Source of the DNA: Candidatus Methylomirabilota bacterium
Lineage (GTDB): Bacteria; Acidobacteriota; Terriglobia; Acidiferrales; UBA7541
NCBI GenBank assembly: GCA_035490135.1
Contig: DATHGV010000193.1
Location: forward strand, 5,746 to 69,745
Reading direction: 5' to 3'
DNA length: 64,000 nt
The notes below the pieces were generated by a model that had not been told where the DNA came from, searched no databases, and saw only the letters and a list, made by a program, of their open reading frames with translations. Position 1 is the first letter of the stretch. Each line of letters begins with the position of its first letter. Of this stretch, positions 39,481-50,184 are shown one piece after another. A program made the position numbers and the translations under genes.

Positions 39481-41772
39481 GTGCAAAACATTTCTGAAAC
39501 TAACGGACGAATGCTAAGTCTTCTGGAAGAATTAAATCCGGAACAACGTATCGCGGCAGAAACGACAGAAGGCCCCTTACTCATCCTGGCAGGCGCAGGC
39601 ACCGGCAAAACCCGGGCCATCACTTTCCGCATGGCCAACTTGATTGCCAACGGAGTGCCTTCGGAATCTATTCTCGCGGTAACTTTCACCAACAAGGCTG
39701 CTCAGGAAATGCGAAGCCGTGTCGCGGACCTGTTGCTGCGAGCTGGAGTGCCGCCGTCTTCGCCATGGCTTTCCACATTTCATTCGTTGTGCGCTCGGTT
39801 TTTGCGCCGCGAAGCCGCCAACGCCGGGCTCCCGCGCGATTTCGTGATTTACGACGACGATGATCAGCTGGCTGCCGTGAAGTTGGTCATGGCGACTCTG
39901 AAGATTGATGATGACATGTTGACTCCCAGGAATGTACTGAGCCGCATCAGTCACGCCAAAAACCATGGGAAGACACCGGAGTCTATTCGCGCCGAAGCCA
40001 TCGATAAAAACGGCCGTCACGTAGCGGACATTTTCGCGGCTTACGAAAAGCAATTGAAGCAAAGCGCCGCACTGGACTTCGACGACCTACTGCTGCGAAC
40101 GGTAAAGCTGCTGCGCGAATCTCCGCAGGTACGCGAGAAGTGGCAGGCGCGCTTCCAATACATTCTTGTCGACGAGTATCAAGACACCAATCGCGTGCAA
40201 TATGATTTGCTCAGGCTGCTGACCGGCCCGAAACACAATCTGTGCGTGGTGGGGGACGAAGATCAGTCGATTTACCGTTGGCGTGGCGCGGACGTTTCGA
40301 TCCTGCTGAGTTTTTCGCGCGATTTTCCAGACGCTAAGGTGATCAAGCTAGAGCGGAATTATCGCTCGACGCAGCAAATCCTCGATGCCGCTGGCGCGGT
40401 AGTGGGCAATAATCCTGAACGCCTCGGCAAAATCCTTACGGCCGAGAATGGTCAAGGCTCGCATCTGCGTTATTTCGAAGCACGTGACGCACAGACCGAA
40501 GCGGAATTTGTTGCCGGGGAACTGGAACGCCTCATCGGCGATGATCCCTCACAGACCTGCGCTGTGGAATACCGCACGAATTTTCAATCGCGGGCCTTCG
40601 AAGAAGCTTTCCGACGAAGGGGATTGCGATACAAGCTGGTGGGAGGTTTCAGTTTTTATAATCGCGCGGAGGTAAAGGATACGCTGGCGTATGTGCGACT
40701 GGCGATGCATCCGGATGATGATGTGTCGCTGCTTCGGGTGCTCAATGTTCCGCCGCGCGGCATCGGTAAAACTACTTTAGACGCTCTGCGCGAAACAACG
40801 CGAGCGGATGGCCCGTCGCTGTGGGCCGCAATCGGCAGGTTTGTTTCGGGAGCCGCCGGCGGCCGGGCGGTTACGCCGTTGAAGGTGTTTCAGGAAATGA
40901 TCGTGAAATTGCAATCCGCGCTAAGGGAGAAAGAGCCTGCGGATTTCCTCCACACCATTCTGGATGAAACGGGTTACATGGATATGCTCAAAGATCGCAA
41001 CACACCGGACGACGTCGCGCGCATTGAAAACCTCGAGGAGCTGACCCGCGCCGTGGCCGAAAGCATGGACGCCGGTGAAACTTTTGCGGATTTTCTAGAT
41101 GCCGCGGCGCTGGTGAGCGACGCTGATTCGTTCGAAGGCAAACCCGGCGTCACGTTGATCACGCTGCACAGCACGAAGGGGCTGGAGTTCGATCATGTGT
41201 TTTTGACCGGGCTTGAAGAAGGCATTTGCCCGCACAGTCGATCGCTCAATGAAGAAAAAGGCATCGAAGAAGAGCGGCGACTTTGTTACGTGGGAATGAC
41301 GAGGGCGCGCAAATCGCTGACACTCAGCCGAGCGCTGTACCGCCGCGTTTTTGGGAATGAGCAACAGATGCGAGCGTCGATACAATCCAGATTTTTGACG
41401 GAAATTCCCAGCGAGCTGGTGGATACGGTTCGTGGTTCAATGTCGGAAATCGGCGAGAAAAGGCGTTATGAGCTTGACCCAGAATATTCCTATTCATCGG
41501 AAGAATTCTTGCAGCGCGTACGGAGCGGACCGAAGACCGTCCCGTCGTCGCAGCGGCGGCAAGGTAGTCCGAGCTCTTTCAGCCGGCCACCATTAAAACG
41601 GGGAGCCGATGCTAATCCAATGCTAGGACGAAAAGTTCGGCATCCGACGTTTGGGACTGGAACCGTTGTGGGCGTCGAAGGCGACGATGAAGACCGGCGC
41701 GTTTCGGTGAGTTTTCCGGGCCGCGGCACCAAGAAATTTATCGAGCGCTACGCGCAACTCGAACTAGCATAG
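39481..41772 (+). CDS. uvrD: ATP-dependent DNA helicase UvrD/PcrA
   Basis: AGAGTGKT, TFTNKAA, VDEYQD, GDEDQSIY.WRGA, NYRS, KGLEF, EERRL.YVG.TRA, C-terminal Tudor-like domain. Confidence 0.95.
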   Translation: MQNISETNGRMLSLLEELNPEQRIAAETTEGPLLILAGAGTGKTRAITFRMANLIANGVPSESILAVTFTNKAAQEMRSRVADLLLRAGVPPSSPWLSTFHSLCARFLRREAANAGLPRDFVIYDDDDQLAAVKLVMATLKIDDDMLTPRNVLSRISHAKNHGKTPESIRAEAIDKNGRHVADIFAAYEKQLKQSAALDFDDLLLRTVKLLRESPQVREKWQARFQYILVDEYQDTNRVQYDLLRLLTGPKHNLCVVGDEDQSIYRWRGADVSILLSFSRDFPDAKVIKLERNYRSTQQILDAAGAVVGNNPERLGKILTAENGQGSHLRYFEARDAQTEAEFVAGELERLIGDDPSQTCAVEYRTNFQSRAFEEAFRRRGLRYKLVGGFSFYNRAEVKDTLAYVRLAMHPDDDVSLLRVLNVPPRGIGKTTLDALRETTRADGPSLWAAIGRFVSGAAGGRAVTPLKVFQEMIVKLQSALREKEPADFLHTILDETGYMDMLKDRNTPDDVARIENLEELTRAVAESMDAGETFADFLDAAALVSDADSFEGKPGVTLITLHSTKGLEFDHVFLTGLEEGICPHSRSLNEEKGIEEERRLCYVGMTRARKSLTLSRALYRRVFGNEQQMRASIQSRFLTEIPSELVDTVRGSMSEIGEKRRYELDPEYSYSSEEFLQRVRSGPKTVPSSQRRQGSPSSFSRPPLKRGADANPMLGRKVRHPTFGTGTVVGVEGDDEDRRVSVSFPGRGTKKFIERYAQLELA

Positions 41773-41920
41773 GACTCGGAGCCCCGGCTGCACCGCGTTG
41801 TTGCGTCTCCTGTCTTGGCAAGGTACATTGAGGCGCAACAGCCTTCCATCCTCGCCGCGCAAATTGGATTGGTTTCCGTCCAGTTGAGCCGGGGAACCCA
41901 AGATCGACCGGAGCGTGTGC

Positions 41921-43456
41921 GTGGCAACAGATATCTTCCGCTGCAAGAGCATTGATCAACTGTTGTCGGATTCTGAGAACGCCGAAGTTGGACTAAAAAA
42001 ATCATTGGGCTGGGTCAGTCTGACGGCGCTGGGAATCGGCGCGGTGATTGGCTCGGGAATTTTTACGGTGATCGGAACGGCGATCGCCGGGCAGCAACTG
42101 CAAGCATCGTCCATCCTGAATGCTCCCCTTCTTGAATATTTGATTCACCATTCGGCCTCGTTTGGGCGGCCGGGTGCTGGTCCAGCGATTGCATTGTCGT
42201 TTGTGCTAGTGGCGATTGTCTGCGGGTTTGCTTCGGTGTGTTACGCGGAGCTGGCGGCAATGATTCCCATTGCCGGAAGCGCGTACACCTACACCTACGC
42301 GACCATGGGCGAATTGGTTGCGTGGATCATTGGCTGGGATTTGATTCTGGAATATGCGGTCAGCAACATGGCGGTGTGCGTGGGATTTTCGGCGCACATC
42401 GTCGATCTGCTTGATTTTTTTGGCGTCCATCCCAACCCGCGATGGATTTCTCCGGCTTATCTGCCGACCGGAATGTCGGACTTTCAAGGGAATATGCTGC
42501 TGGATCCCGGGTGGCACTTTGGATTTAATTTTCCGGCGTTTCTGATTGTCATGTTGCTCACAGTAATTCTAATTCGCGGAATCCGGGAATCGGCGGGCGC
42601 GAACAACATAATGGTGTTGCTAAAAATCACCGCGATTCTGGTCTTTATTGCGTTTGCGTCGCGCCTGGTACATCCCGCTAACTGGCATCCCTTCGCACCC
42701 AATGGGTGGCCAGGTATTTTGACAGGGGGCTCGATCGTTTTTTTTACGTACATTGGATTTGACTCGGTCTCTACCGCCGCAGAAGAATGCAAACGGCCCC
42801 AACGTGATTTGCCTATCGGGATTATTGCGACGTTGATTGTGTGCACGCTGCTTTATATTGGCGTGGTGGTGGTACTGACTGGACTGGTGCCCTGGCAAAC
42901 GCTCTTGGATGATGCCGCTCCGGTCGTAAATACGCTGAAGAAGTTGCATTTCACCGGGGTGCGACTGGTGGTGCTGATCGGCGCGCTGCTGGGGATGATT
43001 TCGTCACTGTTGGTTTTTCAGTTGGGGCAAGCGCGAGTGTGGTTTGCAATGTCTCGCGACGGACTATTGCCGCGGATTTTCAGTCGTGTGCATCCGAGAT
43101 TTCGGACCCCAGATTTTTCGACGTTGATGGCCGGCATCGTCGTGGGTATTCCAGCCGGTCTGCTGGATATCGGAACGCTGGCGGATTTATCAAATATTGG
43201 GACGCTATTTGCGTTCGCTCTGGTGGCGGGGGGAGTTTTGATTCTGCGTTATCGCGAGCCGGAACGGCGGCGGGCATTTCGCGCTCCGGGCGGCCCGATT
43301 GCGCCAATCCTCACGATCTTGACCTGCCTGCTGCTGATGGCAGGCCTTCCGATCACCAACTGGATTCGTTTCTTTGTGTGGATGGTCATCGGACTTGTGA
43401 TTTACTACAACTACGGGCGGAAGCGCAGCACCTTGCGAGCCGTGGCCCGACCATAA
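41921..43456 (+). CDS. APC-family (cationic amino acid type) permease
   Basis: GIGAVIGSGIF, CYAELA..IP.AGSAY.Y, YIGFD, SRDGLLP; many TM segments. Confidence 0.92.
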   Translation: MATDIFRCKSIDQLLSDSENAEVGLKKSLGWVSLTALGIGAVIGSGIFTVIGTAIAGQQLQASSILNAPLLEYLIHHSASFGRPGAGPAIALSFVLVAIVCGFASVCYAELAAMIPIAGSAYTYTYATMGELVAWIIGWDLILEYAVSNMAVCVGFSAHIVDLLDFFGVHPNPRWISPAYLPTGMSDFQGNMLLDPGWHFGFNFPAFLIVMLLTVILIRGIRESAGANNIMVLLKITAILVFIAFASRLVHPANWHPFAPNGWPGILTGGSIVFFTYIGFDSVSTAAEECKRPQRDLPIGIIATLIVCTLLYIGVVVVLTGLVPWQTLLDDAAPVVNTLKKLHFTGVRLVVLIGALLGMISSLLVFQLGQARVWFAMSRDGLLPRIFSRVHPRFRTPDFSTLMAGIVVGIPAGLLDIGTLADLSNIGTLFAFALVAGGVLILRYREPERRRAFRAPGGPIAPILTILTCLLLMAGLPITNWIRFFVWMVIGLVIYYNYGRKRSTLRAVARP

Positions 43457-43492
43457 AAGAGTAAGCAACGCACACTGAGGCCGCATACCGTC

Positions 43493-44347
43493 ATGTCGCC
43501 GACGCGCTACAGAACAACATTACGTCGCACGCGGTTCCTCAGTGTAGCCGTGATCTTTGTAGTTTTGCCACACAGCGCCCGGGCCTGGGGCCGCAACGGC
43601 AACAAGCTGGTGGTAAATAAAGCCATCGATACTTTACCGGCAGATATTCGCGCTTTTTTCGAGTCTAACCGCGCGCTCTTATCTCAACACGTCACCGACC
43701 CACTCGATACCATCGCCACCAGGGCAGCGGAGCGTCATAATCACTTTCTGTTCCTCGATAAATACGGGCGCTTCCCTTACGACGCGCTCCCGCGAAACTA
43801 CAAAGCGGCAGTAGCTAAATATGGAAAAACCAAGCTCCAAGCCAACGGCTTGCTACCTTGGCAAATCGGCGTCTACAGCCAGAAACTAACCGAAGACATA
43901 AAGACCGGGCATTGGGACGAAGCCAAACTCGACGCTGCCGTTCTCGCTAATTACGTTGCCGAAGCCCACGATCCATTTAATACTACCGAAGATTTCGATG
44001 GGCATCTCACAGGCCAAACCGGGATCGACGAGCGTTTTGGCACGACGCTGATTGATCGTTACTCTTCTTTTTTTCCGATGCGGCCGAATGATGCCGCGTT
44101 TATCAGTGACCCGACGGATCACGCGTTCGAAGCCTGCCTGAGCTCGCATAGTTGGCTGGAAACAATTTTGTTGGCGGACCGAAACTCCAAACGTGGCGAG
44201 AATTCTTATAACGATGAGTACTTCGATCACTTCTATAACGCGGCAGCGGTAATTTTGATACGACAACTGTCCGATGCCGCAACGGACGTGGGTTCCTATT
44301 GGCTAACCGCGTGGGTCAATGCCGGCCGGCCGCAACTTCCCCATTGA
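43493..44347 (+). CDS. secreted S1/P1 nuclease / Zn-phospholipase C fold protein with altered metal ligands
   Basis: Signal peptide then WG; G.LPW; fold-typical spacing but WGRNGN, NYVAEAHDPFN and GIDERFG. Confidence 0.75.
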   Translation: MSPTRYRTTLRRTRFLSVAVIFVVLPHSARAWGRNGNKLVVNKAIDTLPADIRAFFESNRALLSQHVTDPLDTIATRAAERHNHFLFLDKYGRFPYDALPRNYKAAVAKYGKTKLQANGLLPWQIGVYSQKLTEDIKTGHWDEAKLDAAVLANYVAEAHDPFNTTEDFDGHLTGQTGIDERFGTTLIDRYSSFFPMRPNDAAFISDPTDHAFEACLSSHSWLETILLADRNSKRGENSYNDEYFDHFYNAAAVILIRQLSDAATDVGSYWLTAWVNAGRPQLPH

Positions 44348-44355
44348 AGCAGGAA

Positions 44356-45387
44356 ATGCAATCCCGTGTGCTCTCCGCCGATTTCCTGGCGATGCCCCAG
44401 GCTGAGCTGCACCTGCACCTGGAGGGTTCGCTGCAACCGGAAACAGTCTGCGCGCTAGCCGTAAAATACGGTGTCCCCGCATCCACACAAGATGTTCTGC
44501 AGCGCTACGCCTATCGCGATTTTTTGGAATTCATTGAAACTTTCAAATGGGTCTCCTCCCTGCTTCGAGCTCCGGAAGATTTTGCATTGGCGCTCCGCGG
44601 TCTTGGCCAACAGCTCTTGGCGCAAAATGTCGTTTACGCTGAAATCACTCTCTCGGTCGGGGTGATGGTACTGCGCCATCAATCGCCCGAAAAAAACTTC
44701 GAAGCGATCATCGCAGCCGCCGAATCTCTTCGTAGCCGCGGTCTGCAACTTAACTTCGTGTTCGACGCCGTTCGGCAATTCGGGGCTGACGCAGCCATGA
44801 AAGTCGTGGAAGCTGCCGAACGATGCGGCTCGAAATCTATCGTGGCGTTCGGAATCGGCGGCGACGAATTGAGCATCCCCGCCAAGGAATTCCGAGCCAT
44901 TTACGAAAAGGCCGGAACCATTGGCCTGCACCGACTGATGCACGCGGGCGAAGTTGGCGGACCGGAAGAAATCCGCCAAGCCATCGAACTGCTCGGAGCC
45001 GAGCGTATCGGTCACGGCATAGCGGCGGTCCGTGACCCGTCCTTAATGAATTTGCTGGCCGAACGGCGCATCCCTCTGGAAATTTGTCCGCAAAGCAACA
45101 TAAGGACCGGGGCGCTAGCAAAGCAACTGGGTCTTCCTGCAGCACAAATCGAGCAACACCCATTGCCGAAACTATTTCGTCATGGGATTCCAGTGGTGCT
45201 GTCTACTGATGATCCTGCGATGTTTCACACCAACCTGCGATCCGAATATGAAAACGCCCGTCGAATGGGATTGGGAGAAGCGGAACTAAAACGCATCGCG
45301 AAAATGAGTTTCGAACACGCGTTCGTCAAAGACCACGATAAGCTGGCTCTCCAGCGCGTCGGAAAAGCTACCTCGGCATTGAGGTGA
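44356..45387 (+). CDS. add: adenosine/adenine deaminase
   Basis: ELHLHLEGS, HAGE, RIGHG, EICP.SN, STDDP. Confidence 0.92.
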   Translation: MQSRVLSADFLAMPQAELHLHLEGSLQPETVCALAVKYGVPASTQDVLQRYAYRDFLEFIETFKWVSSLLRAPEDFALALRGLGQQLLAQNVVYAEITLSVGVMVLRHQSPEKNFEAIIAAAESLRSRGLQLNFVFDAVRQFGADAAMKVVEAAERCGSKSIVAFGIGGDELSIPAKEFRAIYEKAGTIGLHRLMHAGEVGGPEEIRQAIELLGAERIGHGIAAVRDPSLMNLLAERRIPLEICPQSNIRTGALAKQLGLPAAQIEQHPLPKLFRHGIPVVLSTDDPAMFHTNLRSEYENARRMGLGEAELKRIAKMSFEHAFVKDHDKLALQRVGKATSALR

Positions 45388-45440
45388 TCTCGAGCGAAGA
45401 CGTTGGAATGGGGCGCACGGATAATTCTTGGAAAATTCAC

Positions 45441-45472
45441 GCCCCACCTTGAAAATCGATGGTGGGGCACCC
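45441..45472. repeat. REP-like palindromic element, copy 2 (may also act as add terminator)
   Basis: GCCCCACC-12 nt-GGTGGGGC then ACCC; T-run at 45477-45484. Confidence 0.55.
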
Positions 45473-45536
45473 TTCGTTTTTTTTGATTTGCGCAGAGGCG
45501 AGACGGCAGCCTGCTCGGTTGCGCCACGGACGTAAA

Positions 45537-45545
45537 TGTTATAAT
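45537..45545 (+). promoter_or_regulatory. extended -10 promoter of a probable leaderless purS transcript
   Basis: TGnTATAAT ending 6 nt before ATG 45552; no SD. Confidence 0.65.
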
Positions 45546-45551
45546 CCGCTA

Positions 45552-45794
45552 ATGAAAGCACACGTCTGGGTTATGCCGAAACGCACCGTGCTCGACCCGC
45601 AGGGCCAAACTATCCAACACGCGCTCGCCGGCTTGGGTTATGCCGAAGTGAAGGACGTCCGGCAGGGGAAATTTTTTGTGCTGGATCTCGGCGGTTGGAC
45701 CCGCGAAGAGGCCCACGGCCAACTAGAGCGCATCTCGAAAGACGTGCTAACTAACCCGGTTATCGAAGAATACCGCTTCGAAATTATCGACTAA
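45552..45794 (+). CDS. purS: phosphoribosylformylglycinamidine synthase subunit PurS
   Basis: VLDPQG, VRQGK, L.NPVIE.Y. Confidence 0.95.
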   Translation: MKAHVWVMPKRTVLDPQGQTIQHALAGLGYAEVKDVRQGKFFVLDLGGWTREEAHGQLERISKDVLTNPVIEEYRFEIID

Positions 45795-45921
45795 TTCGGA
45801 AATCCAGCGGCTATCGAAGCGTTGCCCAATACACATAACCTCATTCGCGACATGTTCTCCTGGATTTTGTCTGGCACTTTTGCCACATGTTAACCTTGAA
45901 GTATAAACAGGAGCCTCTTTC

Positions 45922-47787
45922 ATGTGCGGCATTGTCGGTTATATCGGGCCTAAAAAAGTCGTTCCGGTCATCGTCGAGGGCCTGCGGAAACTGGAATATC
46001 GCGGCTATGACTCCGCCGGGATCGCGGTAGTCACCAAGGACGGCGAGCTGGAAATCCGCCGCGCCGCGGGCAAACTCCGCAACCTGGAAGAAGCCATCGC
46101 CAAATCCCCGATTGAAGGTACCTATGGCATTGGGCACACGCGCTGGGCCACGCACGGGCGGCCTACGGAAGAAAATGCTCACCCACATCGTGACTGCAGC
46201 GGACAGATCGTGGTGGTGCACAACGGAATTATTGAGAATTACCTGGAATTAAAGGAGCAACTTCAGCGCGAGGGGCACAAATTTGTAACCGAGACTGACA
46301 CCGAAATCGTGGCGCATCTCGTCGAAAAACATTCCGCCAACAACACGCCGCTTGAAGAGGCGGTCCGCAAATCTCTCAAGGAACTCCGCGGGATCTACGC
46401 GCTGGTGTTCCTGTCCGCAAAAGAACCGATGAAAATCGTGGCGGCGCGCTTGGGCCCTCCGTCGGTGATTGGAATTGGCGACGGGGAATATTTCGTGGCC
46501 AGTGATATCCCCGCGCTGTTGGAACACACGCGCGACATGTTCTTCCTCGCCGATGGCGACATCGCGGTGCTCACGCGCGACGGCGTAAAAGTCATGGATC
46601 ACGATGGCCGTAAGGTCGAAAGGTCCACCCAGCACGTCGCGTGGGACCCCATCATGGTGGAAAAGGGCGGCTACAAGCATTTCATGCAGAAGGAAATTTT
46701 TGAGCAGCCGCGGGCCGTGCGCGACACTCTGCTCGGCCGAATTTCGCAAGATACCGGCAAAATCTTCCTGGATGAAATGAAAATCTCCGAGGACCAATTT
46801 CGCACCTTTGAAAATGTGCGCATCGTCGCCTGCGGAACGAGCTGGCACGCCGGACTGGCCGCCAAATTCATGATCGAACGGCTGGCCCGCATTCCTGTTG
46901 AAGTCGATTACGGCAGCGAGTTTCGTTATCGCGACCCCATTCTGGACTCCAAGACGTTAACGGTCTGCATCAGCCAATCCGGAGAAACGGCCGACACCCT
47001 CGCGGCTCAACGCGAAGCCAAACTGAAAGGTTCGCCCACGGTGGCCATCTGCAACGTCATGGGCTCCATGATCACCCGGGAAGCGGCAGGAACCATCCCG
47101 ACTCATGCGGGGCCGGAGATCGGCGTCGCGTCCACCAAGGCATTCACGGCGCAGCTCACCGCGCTATTTCTGCTGGCCGGTTACCTTGGCCAAGTGCGCG
47201 GAAAAGTCAGCTCCGAATGCGCCATTAAACTGATGCAGGAGATCACTCGAATTCCGCACAAAATGGAACGCGTGCTGCAAACAGACGAAAAAGGAATTTA
47301 CGAAAATCTCGCGCGCCAACTGTTTCGCTACAGCGACTTTCTCTACCTCGGCCGCGGTATTCATTACCCGATTGCCCTGGAAGGCGCCTTAAAGCTCAAG
47401 GAAATTTCATATATCCATGCGGAGGGTTACCCGGCCGGAGAAATGAAGCACGGGCCAAATGCGTTGATTGATGAGAACCTTCCGGTGGTGGTGCTGGCGA
47501 CTCGCGATGAGAGCGATCCTGATTCCATGACGCGTTATGAAAAGAGCGTGTCGAACATCCAGGAAGTGAAAGCGCGGGACGGCATTGTAATTACAATCGC
47601 GACGGAGAACGATCACCTGGCGCGCGCGGCTTCCGATCACATTATTGAGTTGCCGCCTGCGCCGGAACTGCTTTCACCGTTGCTTGAAATAATCCCATTA
47701 CAACTACTTGCTTACCACATCGCGGTCCGGCGAGGGTGTGACGTCGACCAGCCGAGAAACCTTGCGAAATCCGTGACCGTCGAATAG
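45922..47787 (+). CDS. glmS: glutamine--fructose-6-phosphate transaminase
   Basis: [38 protein letters not shown]. Confidence 0.98.
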   Translation: MCGIVGYIGPKKVVPVIVEGLRKLEYRGYDSAGIAVVTKDGELEIRRAAGKLRNLEEAIAKSPIEGTYGIGHTRWATHGRPTEENAHPHRDCSGQIVVVHNGIIENYLELKEQLQREGHKFVTETDTEIVAHLVEKHSANNTPLEEAVRKSLKELRGIYALVFLSAKEPMKIVAARLGPPSVIGIGDGEYFVASDIPALLEHTRDMFFLADGDIAVLTRDGVKVMDHDGRKVERSTQHVAWDPIMVEKGGYKHFMQKEIFEQPRAVRDTLLGRISQDTGKIFLDEMKISEDQFRTFENVRIVACGTSWHAGLAAKFMIERLARIPVEVDYGSEFRYRDPILDSKTLTVCISQSGETADTLAAQREAKLKGSPTVAICNVMGSMITREAAGTIPTHAGPEIGVASTKAFTAQLTALFLLAGYLGQVRGKVSSECAIKLMQEITRIPHKMERVLQTDEKGIYENLARQLFRYSDFLYLGRGIHYPIALEGALKLKEISYIHAEGYPAGEMKHGPNALIDENLPVVVLATRDESDPDSMTRYEKSVSNIQEVKARDGIVITIATENDHLARAASDHIIELPPAPELLSPLLEIIPLQLLAYHIAVRRGCDVDQPRNLAKSVTVE

Positions 47788-47835
47788 ACCTTCTGCTCAC
47801 AAAAAATTCCCGGGCTTTTCCGTTAGAATAAAACG

Positions 47836-49158
47836 ATGGGTCGAGGATCCGTTTTGTCCATTATTTTTATTTGTCTGAGTTCCCTTCTAATGGCCGCTCC
47901 GGTTGTGCCGGTCTTCGCGCAAACCTCCGATAACACCACTGCTACGCTGAAAGCGATTCACGCCGACGGCGTTAAGCACCTAAACGCAGACCAAGTCATC
48001 GCACTGTCTGGGCTGAGCGTCGGGAGCGCTGTTGGAAAGCAGCACTTGCAAGCGGCGGCGGATCGCCTGGTACAAACTGGGCTGTTTTCTAATGTGAATT
48101 ATGCGTTTCAATCCAAAGAAGACGGCCTGTACCTGACGTTCAAGCTGGTAGAAGCGCCCAGAATTCCCGCGTACTTCGATAATATTCCGTGGTTTACGGA
48201 TGGGGAGTTGGCGGACGCGATCCGCAAAGTTTTACCTTTCTACGACGGAACCGTGCCGGAAGGTGGCGCAACCGACGACAAAGTGGCCTCGATCGTGACT
48301 GATTTAATCGCATCCCGCGGCATGAATACGAAGGTGGAATATCAGGTCATTAGCAATCCGCTTGGCGAAGGTACGGTGCAGGAGTTTCGAATCGCGGATG
48401 TCGTGCTGCAGATCGCGAAAATAGAATTTGGCGATCCTGTGCTGGCAGGTTCCAAAGAACTGCGGCAGCATCTCGGCGAAGTGCAAGGGAAAACATATTC
48501 GCGGATGGTCATAGATTTATTTTTAGCGGAACAGGTGAAGCCGCTTTATCTGCAAAAAGGTTTTTTGCGCGCAAAACTCGGTCCGCCAGAAATTCGGCTA
48601 AGTGGTAATCCAAACCAAAAACTGCCAGACCAAATTCCGGTGTTTGTGCCCATCACGCCGGGCCCTACCTACCACTGGAAGGGTGCGCAATGGAGCGGAA
48701 ATACGGTGCTCTCAGGCTTCACTATGAGTGCTCTGATCGGCATGAAAGAAGGCGATGTAGCGAATGGGCTGGCGATCGAGGCAGCGTGGACGCGAGTGCA
48801 GGAAGAATACGGACATCGAGGTTACCTGGACGCGAAGGTCGAACCGGTGGCCGAATATGACGATCAGGCCCACACCGTTTCGTACCGAATCAATATTTCT
48901 GAGGGGCGACCATATAAGTTTGGAAAACTGGTTTTGACGGGAATGTCACCCACCGGCGAGAAGCGCCTGCGCGCGGCATGGCCAATTTTAAGCGGGGATG
49001 TTTTCGACAAGACCAAGTATGAGGACATCCTTCTGAAACTGCAGGTCCATCGGGAGCAGATTTTTGTCGATCTGCCGGTGCATTACGAGTCGGTGGGACA
49101 CTGGTTACAGCCGGATGCCGAGACTGCCATGGTGGATGTGCTGCTCGATTTCAAGTGA
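47836..49158 (+). CDS. periplasmic multi-POTRA domain protein without a beta-barrel
   Basis: Signal peptide; POTRA signatures L.QTGLF..V, Y...GF..A, Y..RGYLDA.V, I.EG..Y; ends at VLLDFK. Confidence 0.8.
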   Translation: MGRGSVLSIIFICLSSLLMAAPVVPVFAQTSDNTTATLKAIHADGVKHLNADQVIALSGLSVGSAVGKQHLQAAADRLVQTGLFSNVNYAFQSKEDGLYLTFKLVEAPRIPAYFDNIPWFTDGELADAIRKVLPFYDGTVPEGGATDDKVASIVTDLIASRGMNTKVEYQVISNPLGEGTVQEFRIADVVLQIAKIEFGDPVLAGSKELRQHLGEVQGKTYSRMVIDLFLAEQVKPLYLQKGFLRAKLGPPEIRLSGNPNQKLPDQIPVFVPITPGPTYHWKGAQWSGNTVLSGFTMSALIGMKEGDVANGLAIEAAWTRVQEEYGHRGYLDAKVEPVAEYDDQAHTVSYRINISEGRPYKFGKLVLTGMSPTGEKRLRAAWPILSGDVFDKTKYEDILLKLQVHREQIFVDLPVHYESVGHWLQPDAETAMVDVLLDFK

Positions 49159-49215
49159 AGGAGTACAGTGCTCACCGGAGTTGTTTAGATTGTCCGTGGG
49201 ATATACTCGGTCGGT

Positions 49216-50106
49216 ATGGGGAATGCACTAATTCGAATTCGTGAGAGGGAACAAAGTTCGCTCACGGCAGAGCAAAAAGAGGAGCAGCTACTCGCTCGTC
49301 TGGCGGATTGCGGCTCGATCATCGTGGCGCTTTCTGGTGGGGCGGACTCCGCCTATCTTGCGTGGGCTGCCCAACGGGCACTGGGCGAACGGGCGCTGTC
49401 CGTAACGGCGCTGTCGCCGAGTTTTTCCGCGTACGACCGCGCCATGGTGGAAGATTTTGTTACTAAATTGCACGTGCATCATGAATTCGTCGAAACGCAT
49501 GAGATGGATAGTCCTGCGTATCGCGCGAATGCGGCAGACCGCTGCTATTACTGCAAAGATGAGCTGTTTGACGTGTTGGATAAGCTAGCTATTGAGCGAA
49601 AGTTCGAAGCGGTTTGTTATGGCGTGAATGCCGACGACACGCTGGATTTTCGGCCCGGTCATCGAGCGGCGAGCGAACACCGGGTACTAGCTCCGCTGCT
49701 GGATACGCGTCTGACGAAAGCTGAAATTCGAATGCTCTCTGAACGGGCGGGATTACCCACCTGGGACCGTCCAGCGTCAGCCTGCTTATCTTCGCGCCTC
49801 CCGTACGGAACGGAAGTGACGCCGGAGCGGCTTGCGCTTGTGGAGCGGGGCGAATCAGCTTTGCGAGAGCTAGGATTTCGGCAGTTTCGAGTCCGTTTGC
49901 ATGACAAATTGGCGCGTATCGAAATCAGCCCGGAAGAAATGCCACTGGCATTTTCCGAAAATATGGCGGCAAAAATGGTTCAAGGGCTGAAAAAGGCCGG
50001 GTTCACTTATGTGGCGCTGGATCTCGAGGGTTATCGCCAAGGGTCTCTGAATGAGAGCCTTACCAAAGCTAACCAATCCCCGGTAAAAATGCAGCGCGGA
50101 ACATAA
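49216..50106 (+). CDS. larE: ATP-dependent sulfur transferase LarE
   Basis: PP-loop SGGADS, RCYYCK, RPG, ACLSSRLPYG, DLEGYRQGSLN. Confidence 0.92.
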   Translation: MGNALIRIREREQSSLTAEQKEEQLLARLADCGSIIVALSGGADSAYLAWAAQRALGERALSVTALSPSFSAYDRAMVEDFVTKLHVHHEFVETHEMDSPAYRANAADRCYYCKDELFDVLDKLAIERKFEAVCYGVNADDTLDFRPGHRAASEHRVLAPLLDTRLTKAEIRMLSERAGLPTWDRPASACLSSRLPYGTEVTPERLALVERGESALRELGFRQFRVRLHDKLARIEISPEEMPLAFSENMAAKMVQGLKKAGFTYVALDLEGYRQGSLNESLTKANQSPVKMQRGT

Positions 50107-50184
50107 TTTCCTTTCCCTACGTACCCATAATAGGTACAAGTATTAACCATTAAGCCGGAAAGGCTGGCCTTTGCAAGGAGACCC

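Noticed and set aside
45795-45921. glmS ribozyme or sigma54 promoter upstream of glmS
   Set aside because: The ribozyme core is not recognisable, and TGGCACTTTTGC has the wrong -24/-12 spacing; it is only a short palindrome.
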